Shown here piece by piece: positions 30,001 to 51,119 of a stretch of 64,000 bases of DNA. The translations under genes and the position numbers were made by a program. The stretch is from Callorhinchus milii (taxonomy: Eukaryota), in contig NW_024704769.1 of assembly GCF_018977255.1 (NCBI RefSeq), positions 2,046,001 to 2,110,000 on the forward strand. The letters run 5' to 3'. The notes under the pieces were generated by a model. It did not search any database. It saw nothing but the letters and a program-made list of their open reading frames with translations, and was not told where the DNA came from. Positions within the stretch are counted from its first letter, which is position 1. Each line of letters begins with the position of its first letter.

Positions 30001-32024
30001 GTTTTGGATTAAAAAGGAAATAAAGCCCTTTATTTCAAATAACTTTTGGTCCCAGCTTCACACTGCAACGCTGATTCAGGTGCGTTTAAAATACAAAAAT
30101 ACCCATTTAAACCACTCAACCAAAAAAGCGCTGTGATAATCTCACAGGATTGTTGACCAATTTAGTATCAAGATTATTCCACGTGTGAGGGAGCGGGCAA
30201 TACAGTAAAACCCACACAAGTCTGATCTGTATAAGTCGTATAATCGCCCTAAGTGGTACATCTGCTTGAGTCCTGTTCAGGAAATTATATTCTATGCAAG
30301 TTTGACATAACTCATACAGTAAAACCTCACACAAATCATATCAGTTGGGACCATAGATTTAATACGACTTATGCCAAGTATACAAGTTTTACTGTACATT
30401 GCACAAGTCATATTAACTATATGGTCCCAACTGATACAACTTATGTGAGGTTTACTGTATACACACACAGCCTGGACTGTTAGTGAGCTCACAGGGAATG
30501 GAGCCCGGAGCGAGCAGACTATAATTTCAGGCTTGGACCTGCGACCGAGTTACTCAAAGGTCCCACGTCAAATGGAGCCAAGCAGCGATGGTGCGAGAGG
30601 TGGCTCGCTGCTGAGCACAGAGAGGAGCTCTGTCTCTCACTCCCCGGCCACAAATACAACCACACAAAACGTTTTGCCTCAGAAAAATATACTCCATCAA
30701 TAAAAGACTTTCCCCGCTGGGAGTGCAAAGGTTCCTTATTGGAAGACATGGTTTGATGTAAAAGTGCAATTTCTTTAATAAAAGTCATTCAAAGGTTGAT
30801 TCCTGTTATTGCCTTCCTGTGGGTCAGTCGGTCAGAGGAGATCGGCAGTGAATCACAGGATTAAAGCCTCTCTCGATGCTGGCGAGGCTACAGCTCTGCT
30901 CTGCTAACGTGGGCTTTGGTTCCCATAGCTTTGTATCCTCACACAATGGCGCACACACACACACACACATAAAACCAAGTTGCTTTGGACCCAAATCTGC
31001 CAGTGGTTTCCCTAATAGAAAGGCTCTGGGTGACTCCAGCCCGACCTCAGTGTAACACTGTGCTTTTGGACTCTATAAAATTAGACTAAATGTTCCTTTA
31101 CAAAACAAGTCACTACACTTTATAGCGAAGCGCTGGGAGAGGTCCTCGTGACGTGAAAGGCGCTGGATCAACCGAGCAATGAAATGGTCCGCGGGAGGGG
31201 AAACAAATGCCTCCCCGTACCATGTCTGGGGAATCGATAGACTGTGCTCCTGCACAGCAGGAAACGGCCACAGTCGAGGGTAGGTTGTAACCCCCTCATT
31301 GAACAAAAGGCCCCCAAATTCCATCAAGGCTTAGCCTGTGTGCCCGTCGTGCCTGAAAGTCAAACAATGGGAAACTTGCCAGAGAGTGCTTTGGTTTCAG
31401 CCGGTTAGTATCGTCGTTAACCCCCAACGCACTCTTGTCTCCATAACCTTTGGCTCTCACTAACCCGCATCCAAAACTCCCCCGAGGTTGAGGTGAGTGA
31501 GTGGGGGGGCTTCCCTCCCGCAGAGCGTCTCACACTTTAAGGCAGGATGAACTGCAGGCTGAGACCGAGAGTGAATTTCTGATAAAAGGGGCAGATATTC
31601 CCAGTGTCGCACATTAAAGCCCAGTACAGTGAGTGGGGAGAGGTGGGGGGAGATCTGAGCTTCGTTCAAATCAATATCACACAATTTCAAATCACCAGCC
31701 CTCCTTGTGCGAGGAACTGAAGTCAAAGTGATGGGAAACGTTTCTCCCCCGGAGTCAATTTCAAACCGCCGGCCTTTCCCACCGTTCTCAAATCCAGTGG
31801 GTCACGAAAGAGACGTTTCTCACCCCTCCCCAAGTGGGTGATTTGGCAGACAGAGAGACGGACAGATCGTTAGATAAGAGCTCTCCTCACACACACACAG
31901 ACATACATACATGGATCAGACCCCCGCACAGCACACTACAGACCGGCACGGCAGCCCCTTTTGCACCAAACCCCCAAAAATCTGCAACCTCAGCTCTGGG
32001 GAGAGAGAGAGAGAGAGAGAGAGA

Positions 32025-32665
32025 GAGCGCCGCTTTGCCGAAGGCACCTTCTTTCGGATGAGACATCAACCCGAAGTCCTGTCCTGCTCAGACGGACGTT
32101 ACAGATCCCATGGCGCTGTAAGAAAAGAGTGGGTAGTTTCCCTCTCTAACCCGGTGTCCTGGCTGACAATCCCCCAGTCATTCACTTCGAGGCTGTGTCT
32201 GGAACATCGCTGTGTGCAAACTGGTCGCCGTGTTTGCTAAATACACTTTACAATTAATTGCCTGTGAAGTGCCTGGAGACGCTGAGTGGCTACCGGGTGA
32301 AGAGGGCCAGTAACATCGAAACGGACGTCTCAAAGCACGTCGCACAGAATTACTGCCAAGTGCAGTGACTATTTGCCACTTGAACAACAACTTGTTCTCA
32401 CACAGCGCGCCCCAGGCAGGGTAGCGTCTCAGAGCTCTTTTTATGGCCGAACAGCAGACACAGCGACTTTCCCTGCAAAAAAGCTGTGAAGTGAACAAGC
32501 TTATCTGTGGGATTGTTGGCCAGGACACCGCGAGAGATAGAGAGAAACCCCTTCTCGTTTACACCAGCGCCATGGAAGATCTTTAACGTCCGCCTGAACG
32601 GGGCACAGACGGGGAGTGAGGTTTAACGTCTCATCTGAAGGATGCATCTCTGACAATGCAGGGGA
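32025..32665. mobile_element. Tail-to-tail pair of Deu-domain-type SINEs
   Basis: ttcggatgagacatcaacc...gatcccatggcgctg (32054-32118) versus cagcgccatggaagatc...ggtttaacgtctcatctgaag (32564-32640); resembles the AmnSINE1/SacSINE1 core as recalled. Confidence 0.6.
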
Positions 32666-33675
32666 GGTATCACAGCGCCACCCACTCCACCCCCACCCCA
32701 CCACCCACCCCGGGAGGAAACGGGAATGTGCGTAAGGAATGTTCGGCAGACTCTCCCCACCCACGCAACGAGGTACTCTTTCTCTCCTTGTTCCCCCCCC
32801 ACCCCCAGCCATAGTCACTGCTCCTCACTTTCACATGGAATCAGGAAAACTAGGAGCGTTGAGTTTGGAATTTCAGATTCCTCCCCCCCACACCGCCCCC
32901 CCAACACACACACAAGGGTCCATGTGTGGCTAAAATCCAGCCCCCAAGGGATTAGCACAAATAAATTAATTGGAGTGGCGGAGGGGGGAAGGAGAGGAGA
33001 GCACAAGCAGAGGCAGAGGGAATGTTAAGCACCTAGAGAAAGATTGAGAGGGAGATTAACTCTGTGTGAGTGCGTGTGAGGAGTGAGTGCGTGCGATGTG
33101 AGTGTGTGCGTGAGGAAGTGAGGGGAGGAGGAGGGGAGTGGCAGCTTAGCCTGGCAAAGCTGCTCGAAATTTGGTCTCAAGCAGTCTTAACACGGGAAAC
33201 ACACGCTCCGCCCAACATGGGAACACGAGGCCCGCCCACTCCCCACACGGGAAAGACACGCTCCCCAACACGGGAACAGTGGCCAGCACGGCACTTTGGC
33301 ATCAGCGTGGGGCTCAAGCTCGATCTCACCTCTCCCCTCCCCTCCCTCTCTCCTCCTCCTCCTCTCTCGCTCTGTGATACACAGATACCGCCCTCGGCAG
33401 TTCTGGGCAGCGATGGGTGACGCGGATGAAGAAGACGCCGTCGTGCGCGGTGACCCGCGGAACTCCTGCCTCGAATTCCTTCGCGGCCTCGAAAATCACC
33501 TCTTGGTTTAAAAAAAATCGACCCGCAACTTTGTCTGTGTTTCTTGTTCCGTCATTAAACACGATCCCCTTTCCCCCGTTCAAAAGGGGTGGTGGGGGGG
33601 GGGGGGGGTGTTTCCCAGACGCCTTTCAATGCCCAACACAGCAGCTGTTGTCAGGGTGGGGGTGAGGTTCCCCCG

Positions 33676-38869
<5,194 letters not shown>

Positions 38870-40405
38870 CTACACCCCTCTATTCCCATCTCCTACACCC
38901 CTCTATTCCCCTCTCCTACACCTCTCATTAATCTCTCTCTCGGTGTCCTGGCTGACAAACCCCCAGATTAATCGCTCGCTCGCATCACGGCTGTTTGTGG
39001 GGCATCGCTGTATGCCCATTAGCTGCCACGTTTCCCTACAAAATACAGTGACCAGTCGGCAAATCCTGTAAAGCACTTTAAGGTGAAAGGACCCAGCAAC
39101 AAATGCAGGGATTATGAATCTGATTTTATCCGTGGGGATTTGCGGGCGGTGATATCTGGTGTCAGTGTCGGCCTCTGAGGCAGGAGGTCATGGGTTTGAG
39201 TCCCACATCGAGGGCTTTGAACTCCAATCTGGGCTGAGACTCCAACTCTTTGGGCGGGTGGGGACACGGTCGGAGGAGTTTTTACCCCAATACCTGGGCT
39301 TGTCATTGCTTGGAGCTGCTAGGTAGGACTCCTTTCACTCCCCCTCGCTGTCTGCCCTGCCGCAGGTTATTAATAATTATAATAATAATCCTTGCATTTG
39401 GTACAGCGCCTTATCATGCCGTTGAGACATCTCAAAGCGCTTCATAGGCTATACTGTAAAGCGAATTGACTAGGTTTTGGGGGCGAAATGTGGCAGCCAA
39501 CTGCGCAGAGCAGCGTCCGACAAACATTCGTGGAATGAGTGACCAAATTATTATCTTTGTATTCGTTACTTCTTTGGAGGGATTATTACCCCGGGTTCCT
39601 ACTTACTGCTGGGTAAACTGAGGCTTGTGTGTGGAGTAAGGAAACTTGCCTAAGGTTTCGCCCTGACCCGCCCGGGAATCGAGACTGACGCTGGTGTGCA
39701 CGCACAATTGACTGCCGCGTTTCTTCACAAACTGCATAGTCGCTCCACTTTACAGCCTCTGTGTGTGTGTGTGTGTGTGTGTGTGGTGGTGGTGGGGGAA
39801 AGGTCCCTAAGTTTCCAACATCATCACACCCGAGCGGGACATGCCACAGCCTGGAGGCTGTGTGTGAGGAGTAATGAGAGATTAGCTGGGGATTAATGGT
39901 GATAGTTGCGTGCGGAAGCTGCAAGGTCATTGAGATCAGAGGAAAATCACAGCCTGATTTGGATGGGACAGAGGACAGTGGGGCTGACAACAGGTCCATA
40001 GCCCTGCACACATTCGGCACAAACGGGAGCCAGCACTCGCTCACACCCAGAGGAACGTGCTGTTAGTTACATGCCAGACTGAGCCCCCCTGTGCTGTGCG
40101 TCAACAGAAACTTATATTTATAATAATAATCATATTAACAATCCTTGCATTTGATATCGTGCCTTATCGCATCGTCGGGACATCTCAAAGTGCCTCGCAG
40201 AATTCACTGTAAAGTGATTATTTTGTGAGAGAAATGCGGCAGCCAATTGCGCACAGCCGTCGTGGATCGAGTGAGCCAAAAAATTTTTTTTTGGTGGGAT
40301 TATTACCCCGGAAAGCAATCTGCCAGTCAGCTAACAACTGGGTCATTGTTATATAAATGCAAGTTGTTGTTGTTGGGTTCCTACTTACAGCTGGGTAAAC
40401 AGAGC

Positions 40406-40542
40406 GGTGACGGGTTTCCGCGTGTGTCAGACACCCGGCCGGTCACGGTGACGGGTTTCCCTGTGTGTGTGTGCAGACACCCGGCCGGTCACGGTGACGG
40501 GTTCTGTGTGTCAGACACCCGGCCGGTCACGTGACGGGTTTC
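40406..40542 (+). repeat. ~41-bp tandem repeat at the left inner junction
   Basis: About 3.3 copies of ggtgacgggtttccgcgtgtgtcagacacccggccggtcac. Confidence 0.85.
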
Positions 40543-40617
40543 TACTCCCCGGTGCCGGCTGTTTGGGATGGACGGTCCCGTCCTAATCCTCTCTCTCTCT
40601 CTCTCTCTCTGTTGCAG

Positions 40618-43600
40618 GTTTGGGGGCCTCGAGCTCGGGCTCCCACTGGGAGCTGCTGGGAAACGCGATGGTGACCACTCAGTTTGTGAGGCTGACCCCC
40701 GACCTGCAGAGCAGACAGGGAGCCATCTGGAACCGAATCGTAAGCGCGTCTCGCTTCCCATCCGCTCCGATTTGGCCCCTGGCCTGAAGTTGCTGGGACG
40801 TCCACTGCCTTGGGGGACGTCTTACCGACGGGGAAGGCAGCAATACCCACGTAATCTGTTTTTTGCTGTGTGGCCAGGACAGAGGAGGAGAAACTCCCTT
40901 CTCTTGTCCAACAGTGCCGCGGAAGGTCTTAAACGGCCACCTGAACAGGGCACAGACGGGGACAGGAGTGAGGTTTAACGGCTCACCTGAAGGACGGCGC
41001 CTCGGACAACGCGGCACTCTCTCCCCCGGCCCCCACACGGCTGTTTGTGGGGGCGCTGCTGTGCGCAATTGGCTGCCGCGTTTCGCCCACAAAATACACA
41101 GTCAATTCGCTTTACAGTATATTCTGTAAAGCGCTTTGAGACGTCTATATAAAGGATGATTCTGATTGTTACCTCTCCCCACCCCCACTCCCTTCCCAGC
41201 ACTGGGTTGGATTGTGAGCTGAAAGCGCCCCCATCGAATGTGGGCCTTCTGAGCCGGTGGCGAGAGCAAGAGAGACAGAGCCACAGGTGTCACCTGAACT
41301 GTGTGATTGTTACTATTCCTTGTGTTTTAGAGATTGTGAGCTGTGTGTGTGTCAGTGATAAATGTTAGTGACCATTCTCCCGGTCTCTCTCTCTCTCTCT
41401 GTCTGTCTGCCTGTGTCTCTCACTGACTTGTGTCTCTGTCTTGTCTCTCTCTATGTGTCTCTGTCTGTCTCTCTCACAGCCATGTGCCCTGCGAGACTGG
41501 GAGCTTCAAGTCCATTTTAAGATTCACGGCCAGGGTAAGAAAAATCTCAACGGGGACGGCCTTGGGATCTGGTACACTCGGGACAGGATGCAAGCAGGTG
41601 GGTGTGACAGAGACACGAACCTCAAACTCGCAGCACAAAGAGAGGCCATTCGGCCCATCATGGAGTCCTGTGGTGTGGCAGTTAGTTTACTCGCCTCGCA
41701 AGCAAGAGGATCCGGGTTTGATTCCCGGGCGGGGAAAAACCTTACGCACGTTTCCTTGCTCCACGACTGTTTTTGGGACACTGCTGTGTGCACTTGGCTG
41801 CTGTGTTTCACCCACAAAATATCCGGTCACTACAGTTTACAGTATATCGTGTGAAGTGCTTATTGAAGTACTGGCTCTCTGTAGACTTCTCCGTTCAGCT
41901 CTGCTAACCCTGCCTGTGTGTGCGTGTGTAAGTGAGTGATAGGCCGGGTCCCCTCTCCTTGACGCTCACCAGCCTCTCGGCCTCTCTAGGTCCAGTGTTC
42001 GGAAGCGCTGATCAGTTCTCGGGCCTGGGGGTCTTTGTGGACACGTACCCGAATGAAGAGAAGCAGCATGAGGTGAGGAGAGGTAAAGAGGGTGGGGGGG
42101 TAGGCGAGGGAGGGAGGGCGAGTGCGCATAGAGTGTTCCAGAGTTTCGGTCGTGGCTAAAAGCGTGGCTACCGATGGTGGAGCGGAGAGCACGGGGGACA
42201 TGCAGGAGGCCGGAGCCGGTGGGGAGGCAGCGGATAGGGGGTAAGCTAGAGGTAGGGAGGTGCCAGAGCGTGAAGCGATTTGAAGACAAGTGTGTGAGGA
42301 TCTTAAATCAGTGTGTTCGATGATAGGGAGCCAGTGGAGCCTGGCAAGGACTGGTGCGATGGGGGGACGGAGTTTAGTGCGGGGGTCTTGCTCTCTGCAC
42401 AGAACGGAGTCGGGCTTTAAGAGTGCTCGGAGGTGTAAGGTATTGAAACGTGTCTTGTCTCATGTTACTGCCTCACTGTGTGACATAATTCGGAGATGTG
42501 CAGAGCAAGAAGAGGAGATACTCACCGACCACCCAGGTAGCTCTCTCTCTGCTACATCCATTCCCACCGCATGTCTTCCCTCATCCCAATCATTCAGCTG
42601 CGATTCCCCCTAACCCTCCCCACTCCCCTCATTTTACCATATTTACTATTGGTCAGGTCCCCTGCAATGTTAAACTTGTGACAAGTCACTGGGGACAGGG
42701 AATCCTCCCACTCAGCTCCTGTTAACCCTGCAGCCAAAGTCCTATTGAGTAGGGTGGTCCGAGCTGGACAAGCTACAGGAAAGCTGGCCAGCCAGTGTTC
42801 TTAATGGCCAAGCTATGCTTGGGTTTAGCTGGTTAGACTCCAGCAGTTACCCCAACGCACATTCTGGGCTCCCCTCAAGCCCTGGCTCTTGCCAACCTGC
42901 GCCTAATACTCTCCGGAATTCGGTAAACACGATGCGTCCCTCCAGGGAGAGAGAGAGAGAGAGAGCTTTCCATTCCAACAATGTATCGCTGGGATTTCCA
43001 TGTGTATGTGGGACTCATGGAATTCTCAGCTTGGTTTGGAGACTCTTAAGCAGGTGATGGGTTTCTGTGCGTATCAGACACCCGGCTGACCAAAAAAAAA
43101 AGGACCGTGGGTCAAAATTGGATTGTTTATGAACTAATTTCATTCCTCCCCAGGCTATCTTTGGTAATCTACAATCATAGAATCTTACAGAGAGAGGCCA
43201 TTCGGTCCTTCGTGCCTGTGCCAGCTCTTTAAAAGAGTTACCAACTAGTCCCACTCCCCCGCTCTTACCCCATCACAGCCCTGCACATTTTTCCTCTTCA
43301 AGTCCCTATCCAACTCCCTTTTGAAAGCTACTATCCAATCTGCTTCCAACTCACCATTTCCGACCGTGCGTTCCGGACCTTAACAACTCTCTGGGCAAAA
43401 AAAAGTCTCATCGTCTCCCCTCTGGTTCTTTTGCCAATGATCTTAAATCCGTGTCCTCTGGTTACCGACCCACCCGCCCGCCAGAGGAAACAGTTTCTCC
43501 CTCTCTACTCTTATCAAAACCCCTCATCGTTTTGATCCCCTCTATTAAATCTCCCCTTCTATGCTCTAAGGAGGACAATCCCTCTCCCTGTTTTTGCCCT

Positions 43601-44044
43601 GAACTGCGCTTAGCTCGGCTTTTCTGTGTACTCGGCTGGAGTTCAGGTCCCAACAACGAGCACAACAACAGGATATGTTGAGCCCAAACCCTGGTCATAT
43701 TGCATGGGGCGGGCGAGAGGCGGGGGATAAATGGGGAGAGCGAGGGTTGCATGTGATAGGGAAGGAACAGCAGGAGGGAAGGAACGGCAGGATTAATAAC
43801 AGGAAATGGTGACGCTCAGAAAGCCTACCCTCTCCTCCCTCCCTATGCGCTCTGCGGCTCACCTCTCTGGTTCCCTGTGCAGAGGATCTTCCCCTACCTC
43901 TCCGCCATGGTGGGCAACGGCTCGATCTCCTACGACCACACGCGGGACGGACGCCCCAACGAGATAGGGGGCTGCTCGGCTCACGTCCGCAACCTCAACC
44001 ACGACACCTTCATTGTTATCCGCTACCTGAGGCGGCGTCTGACT
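40618..44044 (+). CDS. LMAN2L: VIP36-like lectin LMAN2L, internal exons only
   Basis: Exons 40618-40739 ([31 protein letters not shown]), 41480-41597 ([27 protein letters not shown]), 41990-42072 ([17 protein letters not shown]), microexon 42504-42536 ([11 protein letters not shown]), 43883-44044 ([25 protein letters not shown]). First and last exons not found. Confidence 0.92.
43172..43590 (-). mobile_element. CR1-type LINE 3' fragment
   Basis: Translates [24 protein letters not shown] (CR1 ORF2 C-terminal RGDLIE motif) and ends in a ttctatgat tail. Confidence 0.75.
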
Positions 44045-44286
44045 GTGAGTCCAAGAGGGGGCCGGTGGTGGTGGTGGGGGTGGAGAGAGGGTAATCATCA
44101 TAGCAGCCAAGGGGGGAAGCCCCGGGTGGGGGGTGGGGGGAAGGGGTTGACCACAGATGTGTTTAAAGAGGGAGGATTGAATGACGGCTAGTGTGTGGGG
44201 TGGTGGGGGGAGAGGGTTGCAGAGGTTGAGAGTGTAGTGACTGAGAGTTCAGCCTCTCCCCTCCTAGGAACAGGAGGAGACCATTG

Positions 44287-44423
44287 TCACGTGACCAACC
44301 GGGTGTCTGACACCACGAGAAACCCGTCACCGTGACCGGCCGGGTGTCTGACACCACGACACACGGTGACACACCACGTCACCGTGACGGCCGGGTGTCT
44401 GACACACGCGGAAACCCGTCACC
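44287..44423 (-). repeat. Same ~41-bp tandem repeat, inverted, at the right inner junction
   Basis: About 3 degenerate copies of gtgaccggccgggtgtctgacacacgcggaaacccgtcacc. Confidence 0.85.
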
Positions 44424-45039
44424 GCTCTGTTTACCCAGCTGTAAGTAGAACCCAACAACAACAACTTGCATTTATATAACAATGACCCAGTTGTTAGCTG
44501 ACTGGCAGATTGCTTTCCGGGGTAATAATCCCACCAAAAAAAAATTTTGGCTCACTCGATCCACGACGGCTGTGCGCAATTGGCTGCCGCATTTCTCTCA
44601 CAAAATAATCACTTTACAGTGAATTCTGCGAGGCACTTTGAGATGTCCCGGCGATGCGATAAGGCACGATATCAAATGCAAGGATTGTTATGATGATTAT
44701 TATTATAAATATAAGTTTCTGTTGACGCACAGCACAGGGGGGCTCAGTCTGGCATGTAACTAACAGCACGTTCCTCTGGGTGTGAGCGAGTGCTGGCTCC
44801 CGTTTGTGCCGAATGTGTGCAGGGCTATGGACCTGTTGTCAGCCCCACTGTCCTCTGTCCCATCCAAATCAGGCTGTGATTTTCCTCTGATCTCAATGAC
44901 CTTGCAGCTTCCGCACGCAACTATCACCATTAATCCCCAGCTAATCTCTCATTACTCCTCACACACAGCCTCCAGGCTGTGGCATGTCCCGCTCGGGTGT
45001 GATGATGTTGGAAACTTAGGGACCTTTCCCCCACCACCA

Positions 45040-45074
<35 letters not shown>

Positions 45075-46057
45075 GGAGCGACTATGCAGTTTGTGAAGAA
45101 ACGCGGCAGTCAATTGTGCGCGCACACCAGCGTCAGTCTCGATTCCCGGGCGGGTCAGGGCGAAACCTTAGGCAAGTTTCCTTACTCCACACACAAGCCT
45201 CAGTTTACCCAGCAGTAAGTAGGAACCCGGGTAATAATCCCTCCAAAGAAGTACGAATACAAAGATAATAATTTGGTCACTCATTCCACGAATGTTTGTC
45301 GGACGCTGCTTGCGCAGTTGGCTGCCACATTTCGCCCCAAAACCTAGTCAATTCGCTTTACAGTATAGCCTATGAAGCGCTTGAGATGTCTCAACGGCAT
45401 GATAAGGCGCTGTACCAAATGCAAGGATTATTATTATAATTATTAATAACCTGCGGCAGGGCAGACAGCGGGGGGAGTGAAAGGAGTCCTACCTAGCAGC
45501 TCCAAGCAATGACAAGCCCAGGTATTGGGGTAAAAACTCCTCCGACCGTGTCCCCACCCGCCCAAAGAGTTGGAGTCTCAGCCCAGATTGGAGTTCAAAG
45601 CCCTCGATGTGGGACTCAAACCCATGACCTCCTGCCTCAGAGGCCGACACTGACACCAGATATCACCGCCCGCAAATCCCCACGGATAAAATCAGATTCA
45701 TAATCCCTGCATTTGTTGCTGGGTCCTTTCACCTTAAAGTGCTTTACAGGATTTGCCGACTGGTCACTGTATTTTGTAGGGAAACGTGGCAGCTAATGGG
45801 CATACAGCGATGCCCCACAAACAGCCGTGATGCGAGCGAGCGATTAATCTGGGTTTGTCAGCCAGGACACCGAGAGAGAGATTAATGAGAGGTGTAGGAG
45901 AGGGGAATAGAGGGGTGTAGGAGAGGGGAGCAACACCCAAGCTACATTTACATAGCGCCTTTCACATCAGGAGGACATCCCAAGGGGCTGGACAGTCTGG
46001 GATCCATATCCGAGCTGATGGTTGGGATCAGGAAGGGGTGAAGGATGGGGTCGGTAG

Positions 46058-51119
<5,062 letters not shown>

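Noticed and set aside
28700-33600. Short ORFs that recur identically at 51200-56100
   Set aside because: Recurrence reflects the inverted duplication, not conservation; no recognisable domains; probably CNNM4 3' UTR or intergenic.
40406-40542. Partly palindromic 41-bp repeats as a CRISPR or recombination-site array
   Set aside because: No spacers; the unit derives from a dispersed repeat end.
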